The notes under the pieces were generated by a model, which ran no database searches, was not told the DNA's origin, and saw only the letters and a list, made by a program, of their open reading frames with translations. Below are positions 39,435-50,661 of a stretch of 64,000 nt of DNA, piece by piece. A program made the position numbers and the translations under genes. Source of the DNA: Candidatus Poribacteria bacterium (GTDB lineage: Bacteria; Poribacteria; WGA-4E; PCPOR2b); the NCBI GenBank assembly GCA_965215015.1, contig OZ244042.1:32001-96000 (forward strand). The letters run 5' to 3'. Numbering within the stretch: the stretch's first letter is position 1; each line of letters opens with the position of its first letter.

Positions 39435-40448
39435 ATGTCAGACAAAGTTGGAGTCGGGCTTATCGGCTGCGGTGGGATGGGAGCACATCATGCACGGAAT
39501 CTCGCTGAAATTGAAGGCGCACATTTACGCGGATTCGCCGATGTCCGCAGTGAAGCCGCCCAACGATTGCAGACCGAAGTCGGCTGTGACTATTGCACAA
39601 CCAATCCACAAGATATCTTCAACGACGACCTGGTTGATGTTGTGTTAATCTGTACCCACCACGACCTGCATGTACCCCTCGCGATTGCAGCTGCAGCCGC
39701 TGGTAAACAAATCTTTGTCGAAAAGCCGTTAGCACTGACGATTGAAGGATGCGAACAGATTGAGGCAGCGGTAGAACATACAGGCGTCAAATTGATGGCT
39801 GGATTTCAAGCGCGATTCTCGCCATTCATCACCAAACTCAAAGAGGTAATCCCAGTGCCGCTGGTGATTGTCGGGCAACTCGTGGATCCGCGCTGGGGCG
39901 ATGATAACTGGGCGAACGATCCGGTCGAAGGGGGCGGCAACGTTCTTTCTCAAGGCTGTCATCTATTCGACGCAATGTGTTGGCTGGCTGGAGCCGAACC
40001 TATCACCATTTATGCAGAAGGCGGTAACTTGACCCATCCAAAGATTCCCGAAATCACCGACAGTGTTGTTGCCACGATTCGATTTGCCAACGGCTGCGTG
40101 GCAAGCGCAATCAATGGGGACTTTGGTTCGCCTGCATTGGCTGGGAAAGCGTTCTACGAATTGTTTAGCGGAGCGAAGACAGCAACGCTCTACGGTTATT
40201 ACGGTGAACCCGCAATCAAGTTTTGGGGTGTAGAGCCTGCCGATTTCACGATGGAAGATTTACCACCCGATTATCGCAACGGTAGTGCGGCTCACGGATA
40301 TGTCGATGAGATGCAGGCGTTAATTGATTGGGTAGGGAAAGATGTCGATCCCGTGAACGCAGCAAAGGTGAAGGACGGGCTGCGAGCAACGAAAATTGGG
40401 GTCAAGGCAATCGAGTCGATTCAGACAGGTCAGCCGCAGCGTTTATAA
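39435..40448 (+). CDS. Gfo/Idh/MocA family oxidoreductase
   Basis: VGLIGCGGMG, VEKP, GGG...QGCH; AAGGAG RBS. Confidence 0.9.
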   Translation: MSDKVGVGLIGCGGMGAHHARNLAEIEGAHLRGFADVRSEAAQRLQTEVGCDYCTTNPQDIFNDDLVDVVLICTHHDLHVPLAIAAAAAGKQIFVEKPLALTIEGCEQIEAAVEHTGVKLMAGFQARFSPFITKLKEVIPVPLVIVGQLVDPRWGDDNWANDPVEGGGNVLSQGCHLFDAMCWLAGAEPITIYAEGGNLTHPKIPEITDSVVATIRFANGCVASAINGDFGSPALAGKAFYELFSGAKTATLYGYYGEPAIKFWGVEPADFTMEDLPPDYRNGSAAHGYVDEMQALIDWVGKDVDPVNAAKVKDGLRATKIGVKAIESIQTGQPQRL

Positions 40449-40459
40449 GGGGCAACAGC

Positions 40460-41647
40460 ATGAAAATTACAAACATTGAAACATTTATCGTGGATGCCGG
40501 CTGGCGTCCATGGACATTTGTCAAAGTTGAGACCGATGAGGGCATCACCGGTTACGGCGAGTGTAGCGACGGCAGATCCCCTCACGGAATCGTCGGGACA
40601 ATCAAGGACTTAGAACGGGTGCTTATCGGTACAGATCCAAGAGCTTTCGAGATGCGATTTTGGGACATGATTCGGGGCACGCGCCAAAGCCCCGGCGGCA
40701 TCGCTGCCAAAGCCATCGCCGGAATTGAGTGCGCCCTTATAGACATCAAGGCGAAAGCACTCGGTATCTCTGTTGTTGAATTATTCGGTGGACCAACGCG
40801 GGATAAAGTTCGACTGTACTGGTCTCATTGCGGAACAAGCCGCGCCAGACATCATGAGCTAATAGGTGTACCACCCATCAAAACGATGGACGACATTGCC
40901 GCATTGGGACGGGAAGTGGTGGAGCGCGGCTTCACTGCACTCAAGACCAACATCGTGATTCCCGGTGAACCGGCGGCTGTGTACTTCAGTGGGTTCGGCG
41001 GCGGTTCCGGCACCACAGATCAGGTGGTCACGCCCGCGCTGTTGAGACACATTGAGATGCTGATAGGGACGTTCCGGGAGGCGATTGGGCCCGATGTGGG
41101 ACTCTGTCTAGACCTCAACTTCAACTTCAAAACGGAAGCGTGCCTACGGATTGCTCAGGTATTAGAACCCTTCAATCTCCAGTGGCTCGAAATTGATATG
41201 TACGACCCAGAAGCAATCTTGCAAATCAAACAATCCACGACCACCCGCATCTGTACGGGCGAAAATCTGTTCTACATGCGGGAGTTTATCCCCTATTTTG
41301 AACTGCACGCCGCAGACGTGATGATGATTGATGTGGCATGGAATGGGTTCACGCAATCCAAGAAGATCGGAGACCTGGCAGAGGTATACCAGACCAATAT
41401 TGCGCCCCACAACTACTACAGCCACTTAGCGACATATATGAGCGCGAGCCTATGCGCCGTTCTGCCCAATGTCCGCATTATGGAAATCGACATTGACGAT
41501 GTACCATGGAAAGATGACCTCGTCACCGACCCACCGGAGATCATTGAGGGCTACATGACAATTCCCACGAAGCCGGGGTGGGGGACTGATCTGAATGAGG
41601 CGGAAGTCGAAAAACATCTATGGGAGAACCGGTCTGTGAATTGGTAA
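40460..41647 (+). CDS. Mandelate racemase/muconate lactonizing enzyme family (galactonate dehydratase-like)
   Basis: MKITNIETF, FVKVETDEGITGYGE, DIKAK, TGEN, APHN, PTKPGWG. Confidence 0.88.
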   Translation: MKITNIETFIVDAGWRPWTFVKVETDEGITGYGECSDGRSPHGIVGTIKDLERVLIGTDPRAFEMRFWDMIRGTRQSPGGIAAKAIAGIECALIDIKAKALGISVVELFGGPTRDKVRLYWSHCGTSRARHHELIGVPPIKTMDDIAALGREVVERGFTALKTNIVIPGEPAAVYFSGFGGGSGTTDQVVTPALLRHIEMLIGTFREAIGPDVGLCLDLNFNFKTEACLRIAQVLEPFNLQWLEIDMYDPEAILQIKQSTTTRICTGENLFYMREFIPYFELHAADVMMIDVAWNGFTQSKKIGDLAEVYQTNIAPHNYYSHLATYMSASLCAVLPNVRIMEIDIDDVPWKDDLVTDPPEIIEGYMTIPTKPGWGTDLNEAEVEKHLWENRSVNW

Positions 41648-41668
41648 ACAACTGTCTCTATGAATAGA

Positions 41669-41889
41669 TAGGAGTTACGCACTTGGGTTTGTAATATCGC
41701 AATTCAACCCACGTCTTTAAGGGAGTCGGCATACGGCTTATACCGATTCCCCCCTTCCCCCTGCTTGCGGGGGGACTGAGGGGGGCGAGGATACCATGAC
41801 TATGGCGCCATAATCCTGGCTCAACCAACCATAACCATGGCGCGACCTTTTTTGGTGTTGGCTTTGAACGTTCAACTGCGTAAATCCTA
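41669..41889. mobile_element. MITE-like composite repeat with both terminal inverted repeats
   Basis: TAGGAGTTACGCA ... TGCGTAAATCCTA. Confidence 0.7.
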
Positions 41890-41902
41890 AATAGAAATAA
41901 TT

Positions 41903-42580
41903 ATGCGGTCAATAAATGAATGCAAGGCTATCATTTTTGATATGGATGGGTTGATGATCGACACCGAAAGGCTTGCGCTCAGAGCATGGCAGCTGGCGGG
42001 AGCTGATTTCGGATTTCCCATTAGCGATGATATTTTTATTACTATAGTAGGTCGAAATCGCAGAGATTCGGACCGCACCCTAGTTGAAATTTTTGGAACC
42101 GATTTCCCAGTTGAGGCTATGCGAAACAGGTATCGCACGTACCTCGATAGCTGGATTGACGAAGGCAAGTTATCTATTAAGCCTGGACTTCTGGAGTTGT
42201 TAGGCTTCCTAGACAGGATTTCAATGCCAAAGGCGGTAGCGACCTCTACAGAATATAAGCGAGCGATTCACAAATTATCACTCACAAATCTGTTAGACCA
42301 TTTCCCTATAGTGATTGCTGGTGATCAAGTGCAAAAGGGTAAACCCGCACCGGATATTTTTCTCATCACCGCGGCGCGACTAGAGGTTCTCCCGGAGAAT
42401 TGTCTGGTCCTGGAAGACTCAGACGCCGGCATTCAGGCAGCCCACGAGGCAAGAATGACACCTGTTATGATTCCAGACATGAAGCCCCCCTCAGAGAAAA
42501 GCCTCGCTTTTGCCTACAGAATTTTTGGAGGGTTAAGGGAGTTTCACGATTACTTTCGAGAAAGTTTAAGGTTGGTGTAA
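41903..42580 (+). CDS. HAD-superfamily phosphatase
   Basis: FDMDGLMIDTE, ATS, KPAPD, LEDS. Confidence 0.9.
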   Translation: MRSINECKAIIFDMDGLMIDTERLALRAWQLAGADFGFPISDDIFITIVGRNRRDSDRTLVEIFGTDFPVEAMRNRYRTYLDSWIDEGKLSIKPGLLELLGFLDRISMPKAVATSTEYKRAIHKLSLTNLLDHFPIVIAGDQVQKGKPAPDIFLITAARLEVLPENCLVLEDSDAGIQAAHEARMTPVMIPDMKPPSEKSLAFAYRIFGGLREFHDYFRESLRLV

Positions 42581-42614
42581 CCGCGTTCTGCTAATCTAAA
42601 TCGCAATGAGTAGA

Positions 42615-43002
42615 TAGGGGCTTTTCTCTGAATTTAACGCAAAGACGCAGCGTCGCAAGTCCCGATTCCGTTGCCCTCCAATCGGAACGCCACCCCGTTT
42701 ACCCCCTAACCCCCTCCCAAGTGGGGAGAGGAAGGAAATGCTTACCGCATCATGGATTCACAGTTTCATCGGGAGAAGAACCAAGAAACGAACCCCCCTT
42801 CCCTGACGAAGAGGAAAACGGGAAGCCGCTTCCCTCGCTTTCTCATTTCCTTTTTTTCCGTTTCCCTTCCCCCTGCTAAATACCCGGTGGGTTGTCCGTC
42901 AGTTCCTGGCTCATTGAGCCTAGAACAGTCTGATACCGTGTGGGTATTCGGGACTGAGGGGGGGCGTCCAAGCGTTTTATTAAAAGCCAGTAACGACTTA
43001 TC
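42615..43002 (+). repeat. Dispersed composite intergenic repeat
   Basis: GCTTTTCTCTGAATTTAACGCAAA (also near 24687), GGATTCACAGTTTCATCGGGAGAAGAACCAAGAAACG, the TGTCCGTCAGTTCCTGGCTCATTGAG module and the terminal TTTTATTAAAAGCCAGTAAC. Confidence 0.8.
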
Positions 43003-43040
43003 CCCATTTAAATAATAATGGACTTAAAAAGGAGGACCAA

Positions 43041-43469
43041 ATGCCTATACACACATCTGATCCAATTTATGACATGTTCGTTCAATACAAAACAATCGCG
43101 GTAGTTGGGCTTTCTGCGAAGCTCGATCGCCCCAGCTATCGTGTTGCGAAGTTTTTACAAGAACAGGGCTACCGGATTATTCCCGTAACCCCGACCTACG
43201 ACGAGGTACTCGGCGAAAAAGCATATCCAAGCCTGCTTGACGTGCCGAAAAGTCAACCTATCGAAATTGTCGATATTTTTCGTCGTACCGAATATGTGCC
43301 AGAGATTGTTGATCAAGCTATCGAAATCGGAGCAAGGGTTGTCTGGATGCAACTGGGAATTATCCACGAAAACGCCGCAGCCAAAGCACGCTCACACGGT
43401 TTGCAAGTCGTGATGGATAAATGTACAAAGCCCGAATTTACAAACCGTTTTCTGTCGCCCCAGGTATAA
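43041..43469 (+). CDS. CoA-binding protein (YccU-like)
   Basis: IAVVGLS..DRPS..VA..L...GY, IVDIFR, VWMQLGI, MDKC. Confidence 0.9.
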   Translation: MPIHTSDPIYDMFVQYKTIAVVGLSAKLDRPSYRVAKFLQEQGYRIIPVTPTYDEVLGEKAYPSLLDVPKSQPIEIVDIFRRTEYVPEIVDQAIEIGARVVWMQLGIIHENAAAKARSHGLQVVMDKCTKPEFTNRFLSPQV

Positions 43470-43607
43470 TAGTGAGGAACGCATTCGCACCCCAGAAATA
43501 ACAGAAGAGACCACGGACACTACGGCAGCACACCGAAGGCAGGTTCAGTGCCATGGGACTCGCAACCGGCTTGAACACCTTTTCTTATATCATATTGGGT
43601 CATTGTT

Positions 43608-44189
43608 ATGCCAGACACATATATTTTATTTCGGCCGCTCAAAATTCTGTGGAAACGGATGCTCCCTCCGCTGAAGTATGCAACAACACGGTGGATTCTC
43701 ATCCCCAAGCTGAAGTCGGATTCTGCGGAAATGCGATCCTATGCCACGCAAGCGTTGGAATCAATGGGAGACGAACAAGCAGTGCTGCCGCTCATTAATG
43801 CTTTGCAGGATGCGGATAGCACTGTGCGACGTTTTGCAATCTCCTCCTTAGGCGCACTGCGGGATAGCCGGGCGGTTGAACCTTTAATTCCTTTTCTGAA
43901 GGATGCAGAGCCAGATATGCGTTGCTCCGCTGCCGTTGCGCTAGGCGATTTGAGAGCTGCTCACTCGGTTGAACCGTTGATCGCAGCGTTAAATGATCCA
44001 GATCGATCCGTCTGTTCAGCAACAATTATTGCTCTGGGCAAAATTGGGTCTCGGCGAGCTATTGAGCCACTTAATGAGTTATCAAGAACGACGGACAGCG
44101 AGTGGCTGCGCCGCTATGTGAGTGAAACACTGCATCAGATTGAGGAACATGAAACTAAAAATGACAGTTATAACGAGGTGTTATATTGA
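43608..44189 (+). CDS. HEAT/PBS-lyase repeat protein
   Basis: Repeats of AV.PLI.AL.D.D..VR..A..ALG. Confidence 0.85.
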   Translation: MPDTYILFRPLKILWKRMLPPLKYATTRWILIPKLKSDSAEMRSYATQALESMGDEQAVLPLINALQDADSTVRRFAISSLGALRDSRAVEPLIPFLKDAEPDMRCSAAVALGDLRAAHSVEPLIAALNDPDRSVCSATIIALGKIGSRRAIEPLNELSRTTDSEWLRRYVSETLHQIEEHETKNDSYNEVLY

Positions 44190-45034
44190 ATCGAATTGAA
44201 GCAAAGTTTGAACAGTTACGTGCAGAGGGCCGTAGCGCGTTTATGCCGTACATCTGTGCCGGAGATCCAACCCAAGAAATCAGTCGAAAGCTGCTCTTAA
44301 CGCTCGAAGAAGCGGGCGCAGATCTCATTGAACTGGGTGTGCCGTTTTCCGATCCCATTGCAGATGGGCCTTCCGTCCAGAAGGCGAGTGAACGGGCATT
44401 GGCGGATAAAATCTCACTGCAAGGGGTTCTCGAGATGGTTGAGGCACTTCGTCAGGAGACACAGATTCCGATTACATTGATGACCTACTACAATCCAATT
44501 TTTCGGATGGGGGAAGCGGAGTTTTGCACTGCGGCACACAAGGCGGGCGTGGATGGGGTAATTATTCCAGACCTACCACCAGAGGAAGCCTCTGCACTAC
44601 TAGAAGTTGCCCCAGCATATAACCTGGCTACAATCTTTCTCGCCGCGCCCACAAGTTCGCCCGAACGAATGCGTTTCATCGCGGCGGTCAGCACAGGCTT
44701 TATCTATTGCGTTTCGGTTACCGGCGTCACAGGAGCGCGTGCGTCCCTTTCGGAGGAGATGCAGCCAATGATCGTTGACCTGAAGAAACAGACCCTAAAA
44801 CCGGTTTGTGTTGGATTTGGAGTCTCAACCAGTGAGCAAGCCAATACAGTCGCACGCCTTGCAGATGGTGTCATTGTTGGCAGCGCAATCGTTAACGTTA
44901 TAGAGGCACATTTGGGAAACGAAGCAGCAATCTTGTCGAACGTGAAGGAGTTTGCCGAGGAATTGGCAGCGGGAGTACGGGGAGAGATTCTGATAAAAAC
45001 CCCGATCCGACCGGGGCTACGGAACCGATCATGA
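44186..45034 (+). CDS. trpA: Tryptophan synthase alpha subunit
   Basis: IELGVPFSDPIADGP, MTYYNP, PDLP, GFIYCVSVTGVTG, VGFG, DGVIVGSA. Confidence 0.95.
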   Translation: MNRIEAKFEQLRAEGRSAFMPYICAGDPTQEISRKLLLTLEEAGADLIELGVPFSDPIADGPSVQKASERALADKISLQGVLEMVEALRQETQIPITLMTYYNPIFRMGEAEFCTAAHKAGVDGVIIPDLPPEEASALLEVAPAYNLATIFLAAPTSSPERMRFIAAVSTGFIYCVSVTGVTGARASLSEEMQPMIVDLKKQTLKPVCVGFGVSTSEQANTVARLADGVIVGSAIVNVIEAHLGNEAAILSNVKEFAEELAAGVRGEILIKTPIRPGLRNRS

Positions 45035-45754
45035 AACTACATCCAATAGGGATGGTAGCGAGATTGCAACCCAACGCGATGAGGTTTCTCCTTAGGGTGA
45101 ATGCTATAAGCAAATTGGTCACAGATTTGTGACAGATTGTCTATAAAATCTGACCAATTGTATGTTGTATCCTTACGAGCTTGCCCGTCAGCAAGAAGTA
45201 GGGCGAGCTCATAAAAATTTTGGCTATTCCTTTGAGAGTCTTGACTTTTCATCATGCCGATTTCCTTTCTGCTTGATTTTTTGGCAATTAAGTTACTGAA
45301 CTGAACGAATTTTCTACAATTTTGGTATTCCACGACTCTAAACAGTAGAAAAGCCAGTGAGGACACTGGCTTCCCTCAAGGAGGCAAATCGATTGATTTT
45401 TAAGATGCAATAATAATGCCAATATTTGGCTTAATCCTTTGAGGGTATTAAATCTAACGCAGCATATACGGACACCTTGATCTCAGCTAACCTTTGACCC
45501 ATCGAACGAGTTTTAGTAACCATAAGTTAGGGAACAAATCGGGCAGCTGCGCGACTGTCTATGACCCATTTCGTGCAACATCAGGGCTTTAATAATCCCC
45601 CACAACTTTACAAAACGTTTTCTGTCTCCCTCCGGTTACTTAAAAAGATCCGAGTTGCTTCTGTACGAAGACCGTAAGGGTCAAATCGGTGTCTCGCAAT
45701 CGTAACAACATGTATCAAAAGTAGCACGATAAACCTATACATAAAGGAGTAAAC

Positions 45755-47224
45755 ATGACAATGGCAACGGACCAACCTATTCGAGTTCGCTTTGCGCCCT
45801 CGCCGACAGGATTTCTTCATATCGGAGGCGCACGCACAGCACTGTTTAATTGGCTGTTCGCAAGACATCATCGCGGAACATTCATCCTTCGGATTGACGA
45901 TACCGATGCAGCCAGATCCACGGAGGAATCGATGCAGGGTATCTACGATTCGATGGAATGGCTCGGACTCGATTGGGACGAAGGACCGAGGGTTGGAGGA
46001 CCCCACGTACCTTATATCCAAACGGAACGCAGCAATCTCTATCACAAATATGTGCAGCAACTGCTTGACACAGGTAACGCATATCGCTGTTACTGCACCC
46101 CTGAGGAATTGGACCAGATGCGGACGCGTGCCCGTGTGGAAAAACGCTCACAAGGATACCTCGGAAAGTGCAGACCTCTGACAGAAGCGGATCGGCAGAA
46201 ACTTGAGGCGGAAGGACGCAAATCAACGATTCGGCTTAAAATTCCAGAAGGTGCAATCATGGTACGAGATCTTGTACTTGGTGTAGTCAAATTTGAAGCC
46301 GACACGCTTGACGACTTTATTATTGTCAGATCCAACGGTTCACCCCTCTACAATTTCACTTCGATCATTGATGATATTGAGATGAGAATAACGCATATTA
46401 TCAGGGGAGCAGACCACCTTTCCAACACGCCAAAACAGATTTTAATCTGTCAAGCACTCGGCATTGACCCACCGCAGTGCGCGCATTTGCCGATGGTGCT
46501 GGGCAGCAGCAAAGGGGAGAGGCTGAGTAAACGGCACGGTGCCACCTCCGTCGGCCAGTATCGTGAGGACGGGTATCTGCCGGAGGCATTGATCAATTTC
46601 CTCGTGCGGCTCGGTTGGTCCTACGACGACAAGGAGGAAATCTTTTCCGTCGACCAACTAATTGAGAAATTCGACTTTGAGCGGGTGGGAAAAAGCGGCA
46701 GTGTGTTTGATATCAAAAAACTCCAGTGGCTAAACGGGCACTACATCACACAGTTAGACCTATCTGCACGCACCAATGCAGTCATCCCCTTCTTGCAAAA
46801 AGGGGGGCTTCTAGAAAAAGAAAAAAGCCAGACGTGGTTGGAGCAATTTGTTTCAGCGGTTGGAGATCGACTGGAAACGCTGGCAGATATTACCGACTAC
46901 AGTTACCTTTTCACCGACGATTTTGACTATGACCCCAAAGCAGTTAAGAAGTGGTGGAAAGGCGATCCCGCTGGAATTTTACAGGGACTCCGCGATGTGC
47001 TAGCGGCGGTTGAAGTATTTGAAACAGAGCAGATTGAAACAGCAATCTGGGCACACATCGAAGCGAAGAAGGTCAGTCGGATCAAGGCAATGCAGCCGTT
47101 ACGAGTTGCACTGAGCGGCGAAGCGGGGGGGCCCGGCTTATTTGATATTATCGTCCTACTCGGTAGAGAAAAGGTGCTTGAGCGGTTGGACAGGGCTATC
47201 TGCCATATTGAGGGGTGCTCATAA
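45755..47224 (+). CDS. gltX: Glutamate--tRNA ligase
   Basis: RFAPSPTGFLHIGG, RIDDTD, LSKR; anticodon-binding domain PLRVALSG. Confidence 0.95.
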   Translation: MTMATDQPIRVRFAPSPTGFLHIGGARTALFNWLFARHHRGTFILRIDDTDAARSTEESMQGIYDSMEWLGLDWDEGPRVGGPHVPYIQTERSNLYHKYVQQLLDTGNAYRCYCTPEELDQMRTRARVEKRSQGYLGKCRPLTEADRQKLEAEGRKSTIRLKIPEGAIMVRDLVLGVVKFEADTLDDFIIVRSNGSPLYNFTSIIDDIEMRITHIIRGADHLSNTPKQILICQALGIDPPQCAHLPMVLGSSKGERLSKRHGATSVGQYREDGYLPEALINFLVRLGWSYDDKEEIFSVDQLIEKFDFERVGKSGSVFDIKKLQWLNGHYITQLDLSARTNAVIPFLQKGGLLEKEKSQTWLEQFVSAVGDRLETLADITDYSYLFTDDFDYDPKAVKKWWKGDPAGILQGLRDVLAAVEVFETEQIETAIWAHIEAKKVSRIKAMQPLRVALSGEAGGPGLFDIIVLLGREKVLERLDRAICHIEGCS

Positions 47225-47286
47225 TTGTTATCTGAATCGCGAATTTAGAACCGATTGAACTTGGGGGAGAAATCTATCGAAATTCG

Positions 47287-47440
47287 TAGGACTTACGCAG
47301 TTGACTCCTCGAAGCCTTGTAGGTTGAGATTCATATCTCGACCAAATACCCTACCCTATAGCCGACAAACAGTAGAGCAACCACAATGCCCCTACAGGAA
47401 TCAACCTAATGTAGGGACAGGCCTTGTACCTGCCCCTAAC
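47287..47440. repeat. MITE-like end plus GTAG-led REP-like hairpins between convergent gltX and glnS
   Basis: TAGGACTTACGCAGTTGA (reverse of the right end), GTAGGTTGAGATTCATATCTCGAC and GTAGGGACAGGCCTTGTACCTGCCC. Confidence 0.6.
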
Positions 47441-47558
47441 ACCCTCGGAAAGGAGATTGGTTCAATTTGTCAAATGTCAACAGAACCTAAGCAAATATTC
47501 GACAGTCAATTCGGTGGAAATTTGTTTGCCAATCTTTCTGCAGGATTTACAATTCTCC

Positions 47559-49283
47559 TTACTGGCGCTGCTGCGCCCTTTGAATCTTTGCCCACGTGTC
47601 TCGCAGGGTCACCGCTCGATTGAATACCAGTTTTTCATCAGAGGAATCGGGATCTACACAGAAATAGCCCGTTCTTAGGAATTGGTACTGAGTGCCCGGG
47701 GCCGCACCGGTGAGACTGGATTCGACCCGGCACGACTGCAACACCTCCAACGAGTTTGGATTCAAGTTCGTCTTGAAATTATCATCTGTGAGAGCGTTGG
47801 GATTCAGTTCACTGAAGAGGTGATCGAACAGGCGGACTTCCGCTTCCAGCGCGTGGGGGGCGGAAACCCAGTGCAACGTTCCTCTTACCCTGCGCCCATC
47901 TTCCGACCACCCCCCTCGTGTCTCCGGATCGTAAGTGCAGTGTAACTCAGTAACTTCTCCCGTCTGCTCATCCTTAACCACATCAACACATGTAATATAA
48001 TAGGCGTGTTTGAGTCGCACCTCACGCCCGGGGGCCAGACGGAAGTATTTCCGCGGTGGGGCTTCCATAAAATCTTCCTGTTCAATATAAATCTCGCGCG
48101 AAAACGGAATCTTCCGATACCCCATGCTCTCATCCTCCGGATTGTTCTCGGCATCTAAATCTTCTACCTTGCCTTCCGGATAGTTGTCAATAACCACCTT
48201 GAGTGGACGCAATACAGCCATCACGCGCGGGGCACGTATATTCAAATCCTGGCGGAGGCAGTATTCAAGCAGCGCAATATCGACTAAATTATCGCTTTTT
48301 GCCACGCCGATACGATTACAAAAGTCTCGGATGGCCTCCGCTGTGTAGCCACGTCGCCGGAAACCAGATAGTGTCGGCATACGCGGATCATCCCACCCCT
48401 TGACATACCCCGACTCTACCAGTTGGACGAGCCAGCGTTTGCTTAATATCGTATAGCTGAGATTGAGTCGAGCGAACTCAATCTGCTGCGGGTGATAAAT
48501 TTCCAATTCGTCAAGATACCAATCATACAAGGGGCGATGGTCCTCATATTCGAGTGAACATAACGAGTGGGTAATACCCTCTATAGAATCGTTTTGACCA
48601 TGCGTAAAGTCGTACATCGGATAGATACACCACTTGTCGCCCTGCCTATAATGCGTTGCCCGCCGAATGCGATACATGACCGGATCCCGCATGTTCAAAT
48701 TGGGAGATGCCATATCAATTTTGGCGCGAAGTGTACGCTCACCGTCCGAAAATTCGCCCCCTCTCATGCACTCGAAAAGGTCAAGATTTTCCTCAACCGT
48801 ACGGTTGCGGTACGGGCTATCCACCCCCGGCTCCGTCAACGTGCCGCGGTACTCCCGGATTTCATCGGGGTTCAGGTCGCAGACGTACGCCCTCCCTTTC
48901 TTGATCAGTTTCACGGCATATTCATAGAGTTGTTCAAAATAGTCCGAAGCATAGAACTCCCGGTCCTCCCAATCAAATCCGAGCCATCGAATATCCTCCT
49001 TCTGCGCTTCCACATATTCAATGCTTTCCTTGGTTGGATTGGTATCATCAAATCGCAAATTGCAAATCCCACCGAAATCGTCCGCCACACCAAAGTTAAT
49101 ACAGAGGGCTTTGGTGTGGCCAATATGCAGATAACCGTTTGGCTCGGGTGGAAACCGCGTATGCACACGCCCGCCAAATCTATTTGTTCGCAAATCTTCC
49201 TGAATCGCCTGCCGAATAAAGTCCGTAGCGGGAGTCGAATCGCTCGTAGAGTTCTTCGCTGTTTCAATTGTCGCATCTTTCAT
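47559..49283 (-). CDS. glnS: Glutamine--tRNA ligase
   Basis: [54 protein letters not shown]. Confidence 0.95.
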   Translation of the reverse strand: MKDATIETAKNSTSDSTPATDFIRQAIQEDLRTNRFGGRVHTRFPPEPNGYLHIGHTKALCINFGVADDFGGICNLRFDDTNPTKESIEYVEAQKEDIRWLGFDWEDREFYASDYFEQLYEYAVKLIKKGRAYVCDLNPDEIREYRGTLTEPGVDSPYRNRTVEENLDLFECMRGGEFSDGERTLRAKIDMASPNLNMRDPVMYRIRRATHYRQGDKWCIYPMYDFTHGQNDSIEGITHSLCSLEYEDHRPLYDWYLDELEIYHPQQIEFARLNLSYTILSKRWLVQLVESGYVKGWDDPRMPTLSGFRRRGYTAEAIRDFCNRIGVAKSDNLVDIALLEYCLRQDLNIRAPRVMAVLRPLKVVIDNYPEGKVEDLDAENNPEDESMGYRKIPFSREIYIEQEDFMEAPPRKYFRLAPGREVRLKHAYYITCVDVVKDEQTGEVTELHCTYDPETRGGWSEDGRRVRGTLHWVSAPHALEAEVRLFDHLFSELNPNALTDDNFKTNLNPNSLEVLQSCRVESSLTGAAPGTQYQFLRTGYFCVDPDSSDEKLVFNRAVTLRDTWAKIQRAQQRQ

Positions 49284-50078
49284 GGTTTTTCCCTCGATTT
49301 ATTGAAATAGTAATATAACGCAAGCTGCTAGTAGTAGGCATACGCCGTATGCCGTAACTTCTGTCTCATGAACTCATTCAATTTAAGAGTTCATTAGTTC
49401 AAAAGTTCGCTAATTGCGCCGATGAACTAACATCGCTCCAATTGCTTTGAATCCCGAAAATACCAATAACATCACGCGATAGCTCTAGGCTTAATTCACC
49501 AGGCATCGTAGCTCAACACACCGGGGGTTTTCGGGGCGGTATGTGCATCAGAACACACCCCACCTGTAGGTCAGGCACCTTGCTCGCCCCATAGCCCCAG
49601 AGGAGCAACATGTGTGTTGCATTGGGGTGATGCGCGATGAAGTGATAAAAACATTCCCCCTCACTTAGTAACCCCGATAAATAGTCTTAGGTAAATTTGG
49701 TCATTTCTGATAGTCTCAAGTATGGAAACTCGACCCACAGGCTGCTGAGTAACTCGAGCTAATATACAATCAGGTGTTCTCTCCAGCGTCAATAAGAGGT
49801 TCAGAAATTATAGGAAAGATCTTCATGGTTGTCAACCTGATTTCTACAACGAGGAGGGGCTTTTAATTCTCCTGTAGACTGAAAGCTCTCGGAACGGAGA
49901 GAGATCTCCGAATCCCAACTTCCTACTCAAACCAAGGAGAACATCGAAAAATAAATAGCCTGCTGCCTTTACTAAAAAATATTGACTTTTAACCTGACTT
50001 TGTGATAAGATCGGCAGCAGCCGTAGAAGCCTGATTCATTGCGCGACGACTTACCTTAACCGTAAGGGAAGTAAACCT

Positions 50079-50661
50079 ATGAAAAAACCACTTCTTTGTT
50101 TTAGCTTGTATGCGTTAATAGTCTATCTCACTAGCCCCACACTCAACCGCGCCGTTGCCGCTACCCAACCCTCCGCGGGAGATGGGACGCATTTTTGCAG
50201 CGGCGTAGTTGATTCGCCTCCCCAATTTCATCGAGATTCACAGCAACCAGACAACCGTCGTTATACCCAAACTTTTGCAGCGAATTTGAACCTCGGTGAA
50301 CCGTACGTGCGATTAATTCACTTCCTCCCAAGCGACCGTGCACTCCACCAGAGATCGACACAAAGATAGATGCGTTGATAAAGGATGTACAGCAGCTTTA
50401 TGCTAGAGGTATGGAACGTCACGGGCTCAACAGAAAAACCTTTACCTTTGAAACGGACACTTTTTACAAAATCCGTAAAGAAATCCCCCGCTAGCGGGAA
50501 GAAAAGGGGAGCAGCGATAACGTTGCAACCGGGGCCGAACCTCGTGGGGATGCCGTTGAGAGATTCACGAATAGCCCGGGTGAGCACCCTGTTGACGCTC
50601 GCGGGGATTGAGGGCAAGGTTTCAGCGGTTATGGTTTCGGGTAACACAAGATTCAAGACAG
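50079..50661 (+). pseudogene. Degraded, internally deleted remnant of a large secreted protein gene
   Basis: Signal peptide and VRLIHFLPSDR in one frame, then frameshifts, then ITLQPGPNLVGMPLRD, which resembles FTLHLNNGLNIISPPLRP of the 32321 protein. It ends at the MITE-like element at 50662. Confidence 0.55.

Noticed and set aside
44186-45034. trpA separated from other trp genes; gltX and glnS convergent
   Set aside because: Dispersed trp genes and co-occurring GluRS/GlnRS are common and not evidence of a new system.
45037-45366. 109-aa minus-strand ORF in the AT-rich gap between trpA and gltX
   Set aside because: No recognisable family or convincing start. It may be a gene relic, but this cannot be supported.
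48567-49310. 247-aa plus-strand ORF and similar long antisense ORFs (25708-26424, 11758-12384, 32407-33036)
   Set aside because: They lie antisense to well-supported genes and have no recognisable motifs.
49500-49580. GGCATCGTAGCTCAA resembling a tRNA 5' end
   Set aside because: No T-arm (GTTCRA), no matching acceptor stem and no cloverleaf could be formed.
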